Made by a program: the position numbers and the translations under genes. From positions 310,001 to 374,000 of the forward strand of contig NW_003314333.1 in assembly GCF_000143415.4 (NCBI RefSeq): a stretch of 64,000 nucleotides of DNA, read 5' to 3'. Below, in pieces: positions 10,368-23,800 of this stretch. Every line of letters begins with the position of its first letter. Within the stretch, counting starts at the first letter, position 1. The notes under the pieces were generated by a model. That model saw nothing but the letters and a program-made list of their open reading frames with translations, was not told where the DNA came from and made no database searches. Origin of the DNA: Selaginella moellendorffii. Taxonomy: Eukaryota > Plantae > Lycopodiophyta.

Positions 10368-13300
10368 TTTCATGTAGTGTAATTTAGAGTCTATTTCTTT
10401 GAGAGCATTATGAGTGTGGTTTGGAGTGGAGTGTACTTATATTTGTTTTGTGGATGTGGGTTCTTATATTTGAACAATAAGTATGTTTTTATTAGTGTTC
10501 TAAGTACCTCAAAGTGAGTGTTTTTGAAGATCTTGTATCAATATTTATACTGCGCTATAAGGTTGGGTTATATGCACATGCTTGTTTCATATCATGAGGC
10601 CACCACTAGTAAGCAAAGAGTGGCAAGGTTAAACATCACCAAACTGATATGTCAAATATTCCACCTAACACAATATTTATCCATGTGTAAAACTAATATA
10701 AGTTCTAGTAAGAGGAAGTCCTAAACTAATATGTTTTATTTGTACTTAATAGTTTACAAATGTTTTACTTTATAGTTTATTTAGTTTTATTTGTGGTTTT
10801 TACATTTAAACTTTATAAGATACTTCAAATATTATTGTGTAGGGTATGCACATTAAATGATCTTTGATTCCAACAAGAAACCCATCCTAGGAAAGCTTAA
10901 GATATACCGCTCTAGATCCACTTAACAGCATCCAAAAATGTTAGACAAATTTTGAGATCTAAGCTCCCAAACTTGGTGGTGTTAAGCAAGATGTTGTGAC
11001 ACAGAAAAAGGATCTCCTTATTCCTTGCTCAAATATGAGTGTGTCTATACTCTTAAAAAAGCCCTGGACATAAGGAAAAGAATGCAAGTAAAATCACTCT
11101 AAAATTCCTTTCTTACTGCTGGAGACATGACTCCAAACAAGACATCTCCTCTATAGTATCAGGAAAGAGGGAAATATCCATTTTTTCTCTCTCTTTGTTC
11201 TCTAGATTTACAGGTTAAGCATGCTTAGAAGACACTCCCTTATCTAGCGTGCCAAAATGTGAACTCTCTCTAAGTGCTCTCACTCCATTATGCTTTGCCT
11301 ATCACAAACCCTAGAATATCCTCCTATATATATTATAGAATATACTAATGTGCATGGGTGGATCCTAGTTTTCTACCTAGCTTAGGGTATTAGAGTACAC
11401 ATCAACCATTAAGGAGTTGGCACAAGAATGATCTTCAACAAGTTTTGAGATGTTGTGGAGTTTGTAAAGGTGGATTATGGCTCTCAACCTCTCTTGGATA
11501 GTCAGATGGAACTTCTTTAGATGCTTCCTATGCTTTGACACATTAGTAAGCTTGTGAGAAGGAAATGCTCGATCAATCGGTCCCAACACAAATAAAAATG
11601 GCATATAAGGAGTAGATTCCTCAAATCGTTAGATACAACTCTAGAGTCGGAATAACAGCCTCTCTTGATGACTCTAGGTGTTGAAGATCCATGCATTCCA
11701 TGGATAGGACTGTCTTGTACTTTGCAACAACACCAACCGTACTCACTCATTGAAGATTTGAAGTTGATGCAACCAAGCCTCAATCTTCTCTAGCATCTTT
11801 AGCTTGCTCCACAAGTGTTGGATTAGTTTGTTAGTGTCACCAACAAGCTGCCTCTTTTCCAGTACGTTTGACAAGAGCTCTAATGCACAGATATGCACAT
11901 TATTGATGAGACAAGGGAAATTGATTCTGGAACATTCTTTTGCATGGCTAACATTGGACTCCATGTGATCCATTCACTCTAGCTTTGGAACCAATATCAT
12001 TCCAGCACATATACATCAAGAGCTCAACTTGCCCATAGTCAAGAGGATATGAGTGATTGTCAAGACTTTTATGGATTTCCTGGTTGTTAAGATTTTAGGA
12101 GGATGTGATGCTACAACTCAAACCTTTATGGCGCTCCTTGGACAAATTCAGCTGGAGAAAATCCATACTCACACATATTAGGACACTAGAGTGATGGAGA
12201 TTTCTGATGGACAACATGTGGAGAAGCTCTACAATGCTACTGGACACTGTTGTCTTTGTGAATCTCCAACTACGCCAATGGAAGGTTATAATCTTGAGGA
12301 TGACATCACCTCCTTCATAATGCTTCACTTGGATGAGAGCATTCACCAGGATGAAGATGGAATACTCCTTGATTGGCTTCAAACCATTGGAGATCTACAT
12401 ACTCAATTGAAACTGCTACTCAAATTTCTTAAAGATCTAGTGCCCAAGTTGGTAACCATCAATTAGACAGCATTGCCATAGGCTCTTCCTTCTATGAAAG
12501 AGAGCTTTTGGAGGCTTGTCAACATTTAAAGGTTGAAGAATCACACAAAAAACAAAAATCTCCATCTTGTTTATGGAGTGAACACCTCAGCCTCTTTATT
12601 TGAGGACTAGGATTCTAGTGAGTCTGCTGTTCTCTCAATAGCTGTAGATCAACTCTTGGATGAGCTTGAGGCCATGGATAATGCCCAAGATGTGGATGAC
12701 AACACTCTCAATGTTCCAGAAGTTGCTGGGGCAACTTTCAGTGATCAAGATACTATAAACAATATGGAATCATCAGCCTTAATATTGGAGAGACAACTTA
12801 TTCATCATCCACAATCTGAATTAGTTTGTAAAGAACTAAACTCCTTAAGGTATCATAGGTTAAAGAATCCCAAAATTATGACTAAAATGATAAAGAGTTA
12901 TCAAATAAGATTGAGATTGAACTTGAAACTAAGAACTCCCACTCCCGAAAGAGAAACCAATTGCAATGCTCTTGGCTCATGTGGAATGGTGCCTCACTTG
13001 AGTACTATGTGGCTCATTGGTCCTCACTCCTTCCTAGGGCTTGGACTTTCCTTTTGGGACAAAAGTGGGGGAGTAAAGGTACTTATATTGGGTTGTTAGG
13101 CTATAGTCCTTGGGGTCCCAAAGTAAGAGATGCATCCAAGGCTTGGGATTTGGAGGGTCCTATGATTAAATTTTGGATGTTAAAAACCTGTCTAAAGAGA
13201 GTGTAGTTAACTTTAAGCCTAGTCTAACCTGAAGAAGGGGATTGGGAAAGAATTTGGGAATTTGTATATATTTGGGTGTTATGATTTCATATTTGTTCCT

Positions 13301-16263
13301 TGAGTATAGATTTGCTTACCTTTTTGTACCATATCATGTGAGCTTGCTCTTGGGCTCATAGGAAGGATTTGAGTTGTTCCTTTTATATGAGTTTATGCTT
13401 GGGCTCGTGAATGAGGCATATTAGCAACTCAAGGCTACATTTTGAGTTAGTAAAATTTATGTTAGCCTATTGGTGGTTCCATGAGTTGTTCTATGTATTA
13501 TAGGTAAAAGTAAACCTTCCTTGGGTTTGCAATGAATGGCAGATAAGCTAGTTTGTAATTGTTTAGCATGGCACTAGTGGATCTTTCCTAGGCATGATTA
13601 TAAGTGGATTAATCAAGACTATAAGGACTAGTCTATTGGTTCAAATAGTCATAACTATGCTCTTTTATAAACTTTTATTGGATTATACTAAAGGTAGTAC
13701 AAATGCAATCTTGAGGTGTAGTCAAAGTTGAGACCGAAAAGATAGTTAACAGGGACAAAATATCAAACATGTAAATCATTTTCTTTTCTTGGAGAGATAA
13801 TTTGCAATAAGGTGTGAACTCATTACTTATGTTCATATCATGCAATTATCTTGATGCATATTGGTTATGATGGTCTTACAAATGGTGAGTTGTGGGATGG
13901 ATAGCAATAAAACACTAAACCATTTTATCTATGCTTGCTATTAAAGAGTTAGGTTATAATGCTTAATTCTTTTCCAAGGAATCTTGTTATTACTTCTTAA
14001 GTAGGTTGGTGTAGAATTAGTTTTGAGTTTGGTCCAATAGAGAGTGGCATGAGCTTGTATATATTGTGAACAAAGTTGGTGGAGTTTGGTGTTGTAAACC
14101 TTTGTTGGCGAGGTGTGTATTTATGTTATATTTTATCAAATAGAGCTAGTATTTGATACTCATATAAACCTTTGAAGTAATAATATAGGCTTGCTCATAG
14201 TGTTGTTCAATTAATGATCAAGTTATTGTGATTTTTATATTATGTCCACGTGATTGTGAGCAATATATTTATGAAATTGTTTGGCTAAATGATGATTAAG
14301 CCCAAAGTGGTTAGTGGTGAAGATAGTGTATTTGCAAATAGTAGCATTAAAGTAGCTTTGACTTAGTTCTCAATAGTAGTTTATTATGCTAAGCTTAAGT
14401 CGGTACCTTGGTTTCTTGAGTTTGCCCATTGAGGTGTTTGAAAACATTATAACATTTATTTGTTATAGCTTGTTGGTTTATCCATTAGCACTTAGAGTAG
14501 ACTATTGGATGAATGTGTGAAATTAAAGCATTAACATTATTAGCACTTGTGTTAATGGAATGACATTATTATTTTGAGTGATTAGGAGTTTTTACTTAGA
14601 GATTGATTTTTTAGTGTTTTAACTTCACATTGGATCTTGAAAGTGATTGAAGAAGAGTGTTAGTGCAATATGGATATCCAAAGATATGGTCTTTATGAAG
14701 TCTTGGGTATTCAATTGCATTTTACAGATGTTAGTGTTAGATGTCGGTTTTATGAGCATGATGTTCAATGCTTAGAAATACAGTTAGGTCATGAGAATTT
14801 GTGTTGAGGTGAACCTATGTCAAGTTGTAAATAGAAAGAAGTTGATTGAGTCTTGGAAATTTGTATTCCTAGATTGAGAGTTATCTTTTTCTAGGATGAA
14901 ATTTTTTTTGTAAATTTTCTCGAAGTTTTCCAATAAATAATTTGTTGATCACTTTACTTGAAAACCATTCTATTTTTGTACGCCAATTCAAACTAGGGAA
15001 AGGGTTAGAGTTTACTTCGGTTGACTTATACCTTAGTAGGTAATTTGTATGATGCAATCCAAAAAAAATATTAACTTTTGGGGCTAAGGTAATTAAGTTG
15101 GATAGAGTCTAGAATTGATGTAAAAAGTGTTTGTTGCGCTTTTCCAGAAAAGTGACCCTTGTGCCTTTCTTTTATGGTGTTATGCTTGGTGGTAATCTAC
15201 ACTTTGCATTTCATTATACTTTATGAGAGTAGTGAGCTTTCATTGATCTTGATTTGGTCTTGATAACCTTACTTCTTGGTTGAGGATGATGATGTCCAAC
15301 TTAGTTATTTGAAGTTGAAGTGTTAATGCCTATACTATACCTTTGTCTAATAGGAGGTTGTGTACCAATATGAGTCCATTATATGGTTTTTAATTTAGTT
15401 TCGGTTGAGTGTTGATCATGCATAACTAGCCCTCTTCAAGGTATTCTCAAAGCTGTTGGCTAAATGTGTTGATGAGCTTGCTGTTGTACGATTAGATTCG
15501 AATGGTCATTTAATCTATATTTGTTCATGTCGTATATGAAGTGTTACCTTTTTGTTGGACAAGTATGTGATTAAATGATATAAGTTTAATGTTTGAGTCT
15601 TGTGAAGGCAAATTAAAAAGTGGTTGTTAGTTGCTTTACAACTAATGATTGTTTGTAAACTTTATCAAGGACTTTTGATATTTACTTTGTTCAATGATGA
15701 TTTAGCTGTAATAAGCTTCTTTTACCAAGTGGTGTTGCGGAGGATCGTGTTGTAGGTTTGCATGGTTTTTTTATCTTGGTATGTTGATTCCATCTCTGTT
15801 GAAATTATTTGGTTGCATTTAGTTTATGGTGTTGGATTATATTGAGTTTTAGATGTAGTGAATCACTCCTTGATGATGTGTTATATATAATTGAGTATCG
15901 TTGAAAGATTAGTCTTGGATACTAAATAATGTATCTTCGACTTTGGTTAGCTTGGTTGCTAAAGAGTTTTGAGTGGTGATTTGTTCTTGCTTTCTTTTAG
16001 CTTTGTTTTAGTGTTGTTGGCATTGAGGTGATGCTTTAATATTGATATTAGTGATATTGAGATTAGAGCAAGATGAAATGTCTCACTATAGGATTGATAT
16101 TGAGTTTCATTAGTCTTAACACAGATAGTGTTGATGAATTTAGTTGTAACTTTTTGTTATTGGCATTCATTTATTTGCTAATTAGCAACTCTATTGGTAT
16201 TCAGATGAGTTGAATGACAAGTTGAATTAATTGTGTTTTAGATGAGATTATTTAATAAGCTTT

Positions 16264-16494
16264 ATGCTTTATTTCGTTAAAGTGGGACTTTTCATTATCC
16301 CACTTATGGTGTGTGGCCACATGCCATTTTTATAACAACAATAAAAAATTGAAGTTTTAACTTTATAATTTATAAATTAAAAACTTTTCATATGATTTTG
16401 TGTTATAATATTGTGAAATATAAAAAAATAAATTAAAAAACTGATAGAAATATTAATAAATATTAATTAAGTACTAGGAAATGGGACACATACT
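16264..16494. mobile_element. Truncated second MITE copy (one TIR lost)
   Basis: Near-identical reverse complement of 9556 down to ~9320; ends at GGACACATACT. Confidence 0.88.
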
Positions 16495-16513
16495 TTAAGT
16501 TGTATTCTTTAAG

Positions 16514-16865
16514 TTGTATTCTTTAAGTTGTCTTTTGTAAGTTGTTTGGCATGCTATTTACAATATTTAATAATTAAGTTTTATCATTGAGTATTTTTTA
16601 TGGTATACTTGCTATTGAATTTTGTTAGATGGTGAATCTTCTATTTTCCAATTATAATGATCTTGGTGGTTTCTATACTATAATTTTGGTTTATCAGATG
16701 ATAACTTATTTGGAATACTTTTATTTCTAATCTAAAATTTATTCATTAATAGTTACATCTTTAAGATATCATTGTATATGACTTTGATATTGTTTATCTC
16801 TTGATTTTTGGGTTTGGGCCAATATAGGTAGACTAACTTCGGCACTTCGTGTGTATAGTGAAATC
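16514..16865 (+). repeat. 352-bp templated duplication that preserves the empty target site of the DNA transposon
   Basis: Appears identical to 17597-17859 joined to 36816-36904 and contains a single TGTA at the junction. Confidence 0.9.
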
Positions 16866-17890
16866 ATTATAAATTTAGCTTATGGATGTATTGAGGAGGA
16901 TATTATGGGTTGTACCATAATTTATTTTTTAATATTAGTATTTATTTATGTAAGACTTGTAATCATTATTAGTTGAGACTTAGCTATAGGCTTCTTTGAG
17001 CTTTTGGTTTTTTGAGGTCAAACTTGTTGTTTCATTTGTTAGGAGTTGTTAAGGAAGGTATTTTTGGTTAATTAGTTTCAATGTTAAAGTTAGTATTTAC
17101 ATCTAACAAATATTAATGATGATTGACTATCATCTAGGATAGTTGATTATCCTTATCAAAGTTTTGTGTGATTATTATTAATGTTTAATGATTTGCTATT
17201 TTTTGGGATGGTGGATTCTTTTTTTTATAATGATTATGCATCTCTCTATTGATGGGATGATTAATGACTTTTCATGATAGTTAGTATTCTCTTGATGACT
17301 TATGGCTTTTTGTATTACTACATGTTCTTTGTGGTTTGCTCTAAATTGGTTTTTTGGGTTTAAGACATCAGTAAAGTGCTGTTGACGCTTGCTTATAAAA
17401 CTTGAGTTTCTTAGTATAGTTGACTAAGATCTATTTAGATTGGTTGGTGGGATAATTGGCATGAATAAGTGTTTGTTTGATTTACAACATTCATTCTATT
17501 CTGTTGATTATTTCTAAAGTTCGATCTATTAGATTTAGATGTTGTTTCTCTCAAGTGATACATTTGTGAGCATTTTACTTGCCAATTGATGATACTTTGT
17601 ATTCTTTAAGTTGTCTTTTGTAAGTTGTTTGGCATGCTATTTACAATATTTAATAATTAAGTTTTATCATTGAGTATTTTTTATGGTATACTTGCTATTG
17701 AATTTTGTTAGATGGTGAATCTTCTATTTTCCAATTATAATGATCTTGGTGGTTTCTATACTATAATTTTGGTTTATCAGATGATAACTTATTTGGAATA
17801 CTTTTATTTCTAATCTAAAATTTATTCATTAATAGTTACATCTTTAAGATATCATTGTAAAGCTCTATTTCGTTAAAGTGGGAATTGTCA

Positions 17891-20800
17891 TTATCCCACT
17901 TGTAAAATAAGGTTCTCTATCACTGTCGCTCCAAGCCGTTTTGCAAGGTCCCCTCGAACATACGGTTTCTTCTCCCTAGTTTCCATACTGCAAGAGATGG
18001 GGTGCACTGCATATGTGTGCGTGTTCGCTGCAGTTTTAATCGGCGAGTCATCGATGATGAGGATTTCACTTGAGCTAGCAGTCCGGTTCATCACTACAGC
18101 CTCTGGCTTGACGAAGATGGGCTTGCTACCCCTCACATGGACCATAGTCAAGCAATCCTCCTGGGTTAGGAGAAAGTCAAATGGTAATATTACTCGCGTC
18201 TGATCGTGCATCATCTGTAGCAACGTTAATGCATTGTGGCGCATCATGGATGTCCAAACTCCCAATTGCAAATTGAACCCGGCCCTCTGTTTTAAGTGTC
18301 GCATGGTCATTATTAGATCCCACAGTTTCTCCCGTGTGATTAATGTGAATCTGTCTCTTTTGACCAACTTGCGACCGCAGGCTTTGGAGGGTGCAATGAC
18401 ATTCGAGGACGAGCCACGCTCATGGGAGAAAAGGACACCGTTCAGATCAAAAACGATACAGTACCTTCGCCGTGACTCTGAAATGAAATGTGTCAGCATA
18501 AAAAATGGTACAAGTCAATTTTACCATCTACAATATTAGCGAATGTTGCTCCCGATGGTCGTTGAGAGGGTTTTGGTCGAGGAAACGTGAAGGGCGGAAA
18601 TACTCTCCTCTGCAATGTGGGGTCAATCACATCCGATGGCGTGTGGGCACATGCCATTTCAACTGTAGACTCTGGTACAACTGGCTCAACAGTGGCATGG
18701 GGTGGTTCCGATGGCGTGTGATCACACGCCATTTCAGCTGGTGCCTCCGTTGGCAAAGTGGACATGACCGAACAGGCAGCAGGGGCGGTGTAGGGAGGTT
18801 CCAACAGCGCGTAGTCAGACGATTGGGCACACGTTGAGTCCGTTGGAAATGAGGATATGACCGGCTCGGCGGCTGGGGCGGCCTCATGTGGGTCCAATGG
18901 CGCCTGGTCACCGTCAGTTGGATACGTGGACAAGATTGACTCAGTGGTATGGGCAGCATCAAGTGGAGCGTGGTCAGCTTGCTTGGCGTTGATATGGATA
19001 GTAGCCTCCACCAGCTCTGATGACTCTTGCAGCCAAGTAGAGTCCACTGGCGGATCCATATGCATGTCCAAATATCTCCCTTCGATTGAGATGGTATCCT
19101 CCCGTGCTACTAAAAACAAACTCATTAGCACATTGAATTGACTATACTGTATTTACCATCAACTGCTATTGAGGAACTAGGACCGATATCACTTGGGCGC
19201 ACTGCTGATTCTGAAGGATTGGACATACGTTTTGACCCTTGCTTGGCACTATCCTTCCTTGACACTAAAGGCTAGAGTTTGTAAATTCAACTGAATAATC
19301 TCTACTTACCATTTGCTCTGCGACCTACATGGACAATGTTAGAAATGGTAAAAGGTTAGGAATGGATGTACTATTATTTACCTGATGGTTTGTCTTGTAT
19401 GACCTTCCTCCGCTGCTCTTTGGCCACCTCAGGCTGGCCATCGTCGTCATCATTGTCGTCGTCGTTATTGTGATCGTCACCATTGTGAGGACCATCCAAG
19501 TCCTCTTCGTCCTCCTCTTCTTCGTCCTCCTCTTCTTTGTCCTCCTCTTCGTCCTTCTGCTCTTCCTGCTCATTATCTTTCTCTGGCTCCTCATCCCCCT
19601 CCTGCATTTCTTCCATAGGCTGCTCAGGCTGGATTGCTTGTTCTTCCAGGACCATCTTGGGAAAATCATCTGGCCGAGTCTCCATCTCAAAATACAAGAC
19701 ATCCATAGCCTGTTTTAGTGCGTGACCTAGGACCGTATCCTCACCCGACTGTCTTAACATGGTTTCTGCACGTTCTTGCACCCTTCGAAGACGACGAGAT
19801 GAGAAAAATGTGGCCCTGACTTGAAAAGCTTCCCTCATCCATTGTACCTCTCCATTAAGATTGGGGAAGGGGAGTCCGCCATAGGAATCTGAGTCAGAGG
19901 TGGTGACTGCCTGCTTTCACTCAGCCCTTGATCTGCAATGAATGGCATGAGCACACACGCCATAACCGCGAGGCATTACCTATCATCTTTTCGTTGCCCT
20001 TCTTCCTTTTCGAATCAAACGTCTCTGATCTCGACGACTGTCCAACGTGCTTTCGCTTTTTATGACCACTTGTAGCGCACGTGGTTTTGACCCTTTATCC
20101 TATGGTGATTTACCATAGGATAACACCACGAAGCGGAACCTAAACCCTCTTTGTGCCACGTGACAGATGCCATGTGTCACATACCACGTGTCCGTGCCAC
20201 GTGTCCATAGGAACCCGAGGTTCAGGGCCTTGGGCCACTGAACGAAGGAACGGTGCCAAACTCCCAAGCGTGACGCCAAGGAGTGATGAAACCGGACCAC
20301 GGAGCAACTCCCGAGCATATAGCCCAAGGAGCGAAGGGACAGGAGCCCGGAGCGACTTGGAACAGTCCTGGAGCAACCAGCATACCAATGCCAGGACCAG
20401 CACGCAAAACGGAGCCAAACGGAGTCTGGCGCTATTTCGGCATACCGGTGGCCTAACGTGAGGATATGGGTACTCCACCAACTAGCATGGAATGGAACTT
20501 GGGCTTAGACCCAAGCCGGACGCAGAACAAGGACAGGCACGCAAGCGGGAGCTAGACTATGCCTCAGGTTGGTCGGCCATGCCCGACCTACCCACTATCC
20601 CTACTATACATTTGGAACCCCCCATAGCCCCCCCCCCTTGAGGAACACACGCTTTGGGCTTTCACCCCAAGCCTCCCTTAGTATCAGGAGTTAGTCTCTG
20701 GGACAAACTCGAAACTTACTAAATATGGAATGTCCCTAGATTGTGAATTTGCACACGGGACGAACACCATTGTGTTCGGGCCGATCTCTACATTCTGTAG

Positions 20801-23800
20801 ATGTGCCAAATGAGCGAATCTAAACACTTTCCATAAATAGCATTTGGGACCGAAATGAGACTAACACAAAGGGCATGATAGCGAGGGTGTTTGGCAGACA
20901 CGGTAAGCTATCATGTAGCGATATTGAGGGACTAATCTCAATACGCGAGGGTTCTTGTCACTAGCAAGTGCAAGACAAAACGAGACGAGAACTCCTTACC
21001 GGGCTAAGTATGCTTAGCTAATAACACGTAGGAATTCCGTCCTTATGTTCGTCCGGTCTAAGTACACTCGAAATGCCCAGTTAACTCCACTAGCACAAGA
21101 GGGACTGATAAAGGGTCCAACAATACCGACCTCCTGCCATCGTGGCAGTAAGGTAAGAGTGTCCGTAAGGACTGGCCGACAGGTAACTTTCGATACCCGA
21201 AGTCACATTCGCGACACTCTCCCCCCCTTGGGAAGATCGACGTCCTCGTCGATGCACACTCGAGTCTAGAATACCGCCAAGGAAACAACTCTCGAAAAAG
21301 TTCACGGTACTCACACTATGTGAGAAATGCACCAACTTAAATGAGTTAGGGGGCAACCTCTTTGTCTAACGCGGATGCGCTACCAGCTCAGACACCTTCC
21401 GGCCGTCGCCGACAAGGAAATGACCAACGGAGTCAGCCACCCCTGCTGCTCTGGGAGTCACCCAGCTTACAAAAGTGTGATATGCCCTGCCCGCAGGGAC
21501 ATAGAGAGAGAAGCCAGAGGCCCCAACCCTCCTGAGCAAAGAAACCAAACCCGTCGGTAAGGTTTAGATTGACTACTGTCAACAGGCAGTTTAGAGTTGT
21601 TTACACGGTCACGCCCTTTCACGGAACAAGGAACATCGACAGAGAGGCGGGTTATGTGACCAGTCGACAGTAGCTACCCCATGACTAGAGATTTCACCAT
21701 GCACACGAAGTGCCGAAGCCAATCTGCCTATACTGGCCCAAACGCAAAGATCAATGGATGGACAATATCAAAGTCAGAGACAATGATATCTGAGAAGCTT
21801 AATGACTAGTGATTATATCTTAGAGTAGAACACAAAAGTATTCTAAGCAAGTTATCATCCGATAAACCAGTAGTATTGTAGATAGGAACCACCAAGATCA
21901 TCATAATTTGGCAAACACAGGGATGACCATCCAACAAAATTCAATAGCTAGTATATCATCAAGGAAACTCAATGATGAAACTTAACTATCGAAGATAGTA
22001 GATAGTAAGCCAACAACTTACTAGAGAGAACTCAAAGAACACAAAGTATCATTAACTAACAAGCACAATGCTCGCGAATGTATCACCCAAAGGAAATAAC
22101 ATCCAAATCTATCAAAACTAACTCGAGCAACAATCAACAGAAGAAAATGAATGTGGTAAGACCAACAAACACTCATTCTTGCCAACTATCACAAAAGCCA
22201 ATCTGAATAGATCCCAGCCAACAATACCAAGGAACTCAAGTTGCCTAAGCAAGTGTCAGCAACATCCTACTGACGTCTCAAACCCAAGAGACCAATCCGG
22301 AGCAAACCACAAAGAACATGTGGTATTGCCAAAAGCCAAAAGCCATCAAAGAGAACAACCAACTATCATGAAAGATCGTCAATTAGCCCATCAATGTAGT
22401 GATGTATAATCATCGTTGAAGAAAGAATCTACCATCCCGAAGAATAGCAAATAATTCCAAACCAACAATAATCAAGCAAAACTTGTGATAAGGACAATCA
22501 ACTACCCTAGATGATAGTCAATCATCACCAATGATTGCCAGATGCAAAATACTAACTTCAACATCGAAGCTAATGAGCCAAAATGCCTTCCCCCAACAAC
22601 TTCAAACAATTGGAACAATGAGCATAAAACTCAAGGAACCGAAAGTTCAAAGAAGTCTATAGCCAAGTCTTGTCTAACAATGATCACGAGTCACATAGAA
22701 GCTAACTTCAATGCTAAAGAAGAAATCATGGTGCAACCCACAATATCTTCCTCAACACATCCATAAGCTAAACTTTATAATGCGAAAGCTAATGAAGAGC
22801 ATGTCTGCATCAATCCAAAAGCCAAGCATAATGAAGTTATGCTCAACAAGTGATCATCTAATCGATCCTCCATGAATCCATCTGTAGCAAGACGTCGCTC
22901 ATATCGTAACAAGCACAAGGGGAATCATCAATGATCAATATATTCCAATTCAAACCCAATAAGGATTCAAACTTTCCAATATTGATCACTAACTCTTTCG
23001 CTTGTAGAGTTAGCATAGTCCACAACTAAATTACTTTTTAAGGAAAAGCTAAAGCTCAACCTCTACTAAATAATCCCGTCTAGTACACAACTAACTCAAA
23101 CTTGCCACTTAGCTTTGTTTGAACGTCAATGCAGTTGCTAACTAGCAATTGCACGAATGCCAACAACACAAAGCTACAGCCAATCATCAACACTATCTTC
23201 ATCAAGACTAATGAAACTCAATATCAATCCTAAGGATAGACATCTCATCTCACTTGAATCTCAACATCAATAATATCAATGACAAGGTATCACTTCAATG
23301 CCATCAACACCAGAACAAAGCTAGAAGAAAGCAAGAGTGAATCACCACCCAAAACTTCCTAGCAACCAAGCTAACCAAAGTCGAAGATACTTAGTTAGTA
23401 TCTGAGACCAATCCTTTAGCAATACTCAATTTCAGATAACACATCATCAAGGAGTGAATCACCACATCCAGGACTCAATGAAATCCAACACTATAGACCA
23501 AACGTAGCCAAATGATATTGACAAAGGAATTAACATGCCAACATGGAAAACTCATGTATGTCTAATGACACGATCCTCCGCAACACCATCCAGTAAAGTA
23601 AGCTCATCACAGCTAAATCATCATCAAGCAAAGCAAGTGTCAACGGTCTTTTTGACAAAGTCTATAAGTAATCACTAGTCGCAAAGCAACTAACAATCGC
23701 CCTTCAACTTGCCTTCACAAGACCCGAACACTAACTCATGTCATCGAGTTACATACTTGTCCAACATGAACATAATACCCCAGGTACGAGATAAAAGTTC

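Larger units (their letters stand above)
13270..17859 (+). mobile_element. Old, heavily decayed LARD internal region (copy C, left part)
   Basis: Collinear homology to ~44255-48570 with many C>T and G>A changes; resumes at 36816 after the DNA transposon. Confidence 0.85.

Noticed and set aside
10900-12960. Decayed coding-like region with short ORFs
   Set aside because: Probably a TE or gene relic, but I could not recognise a motif or termini.
20100-21560. ORFs repeated four times in the window (e.g. MVEYPYPHVRPP...)
   Set aside because: They lie in GC-rich LARD LTRs; the repetition reflects LTR copies and no domain is recognisable.
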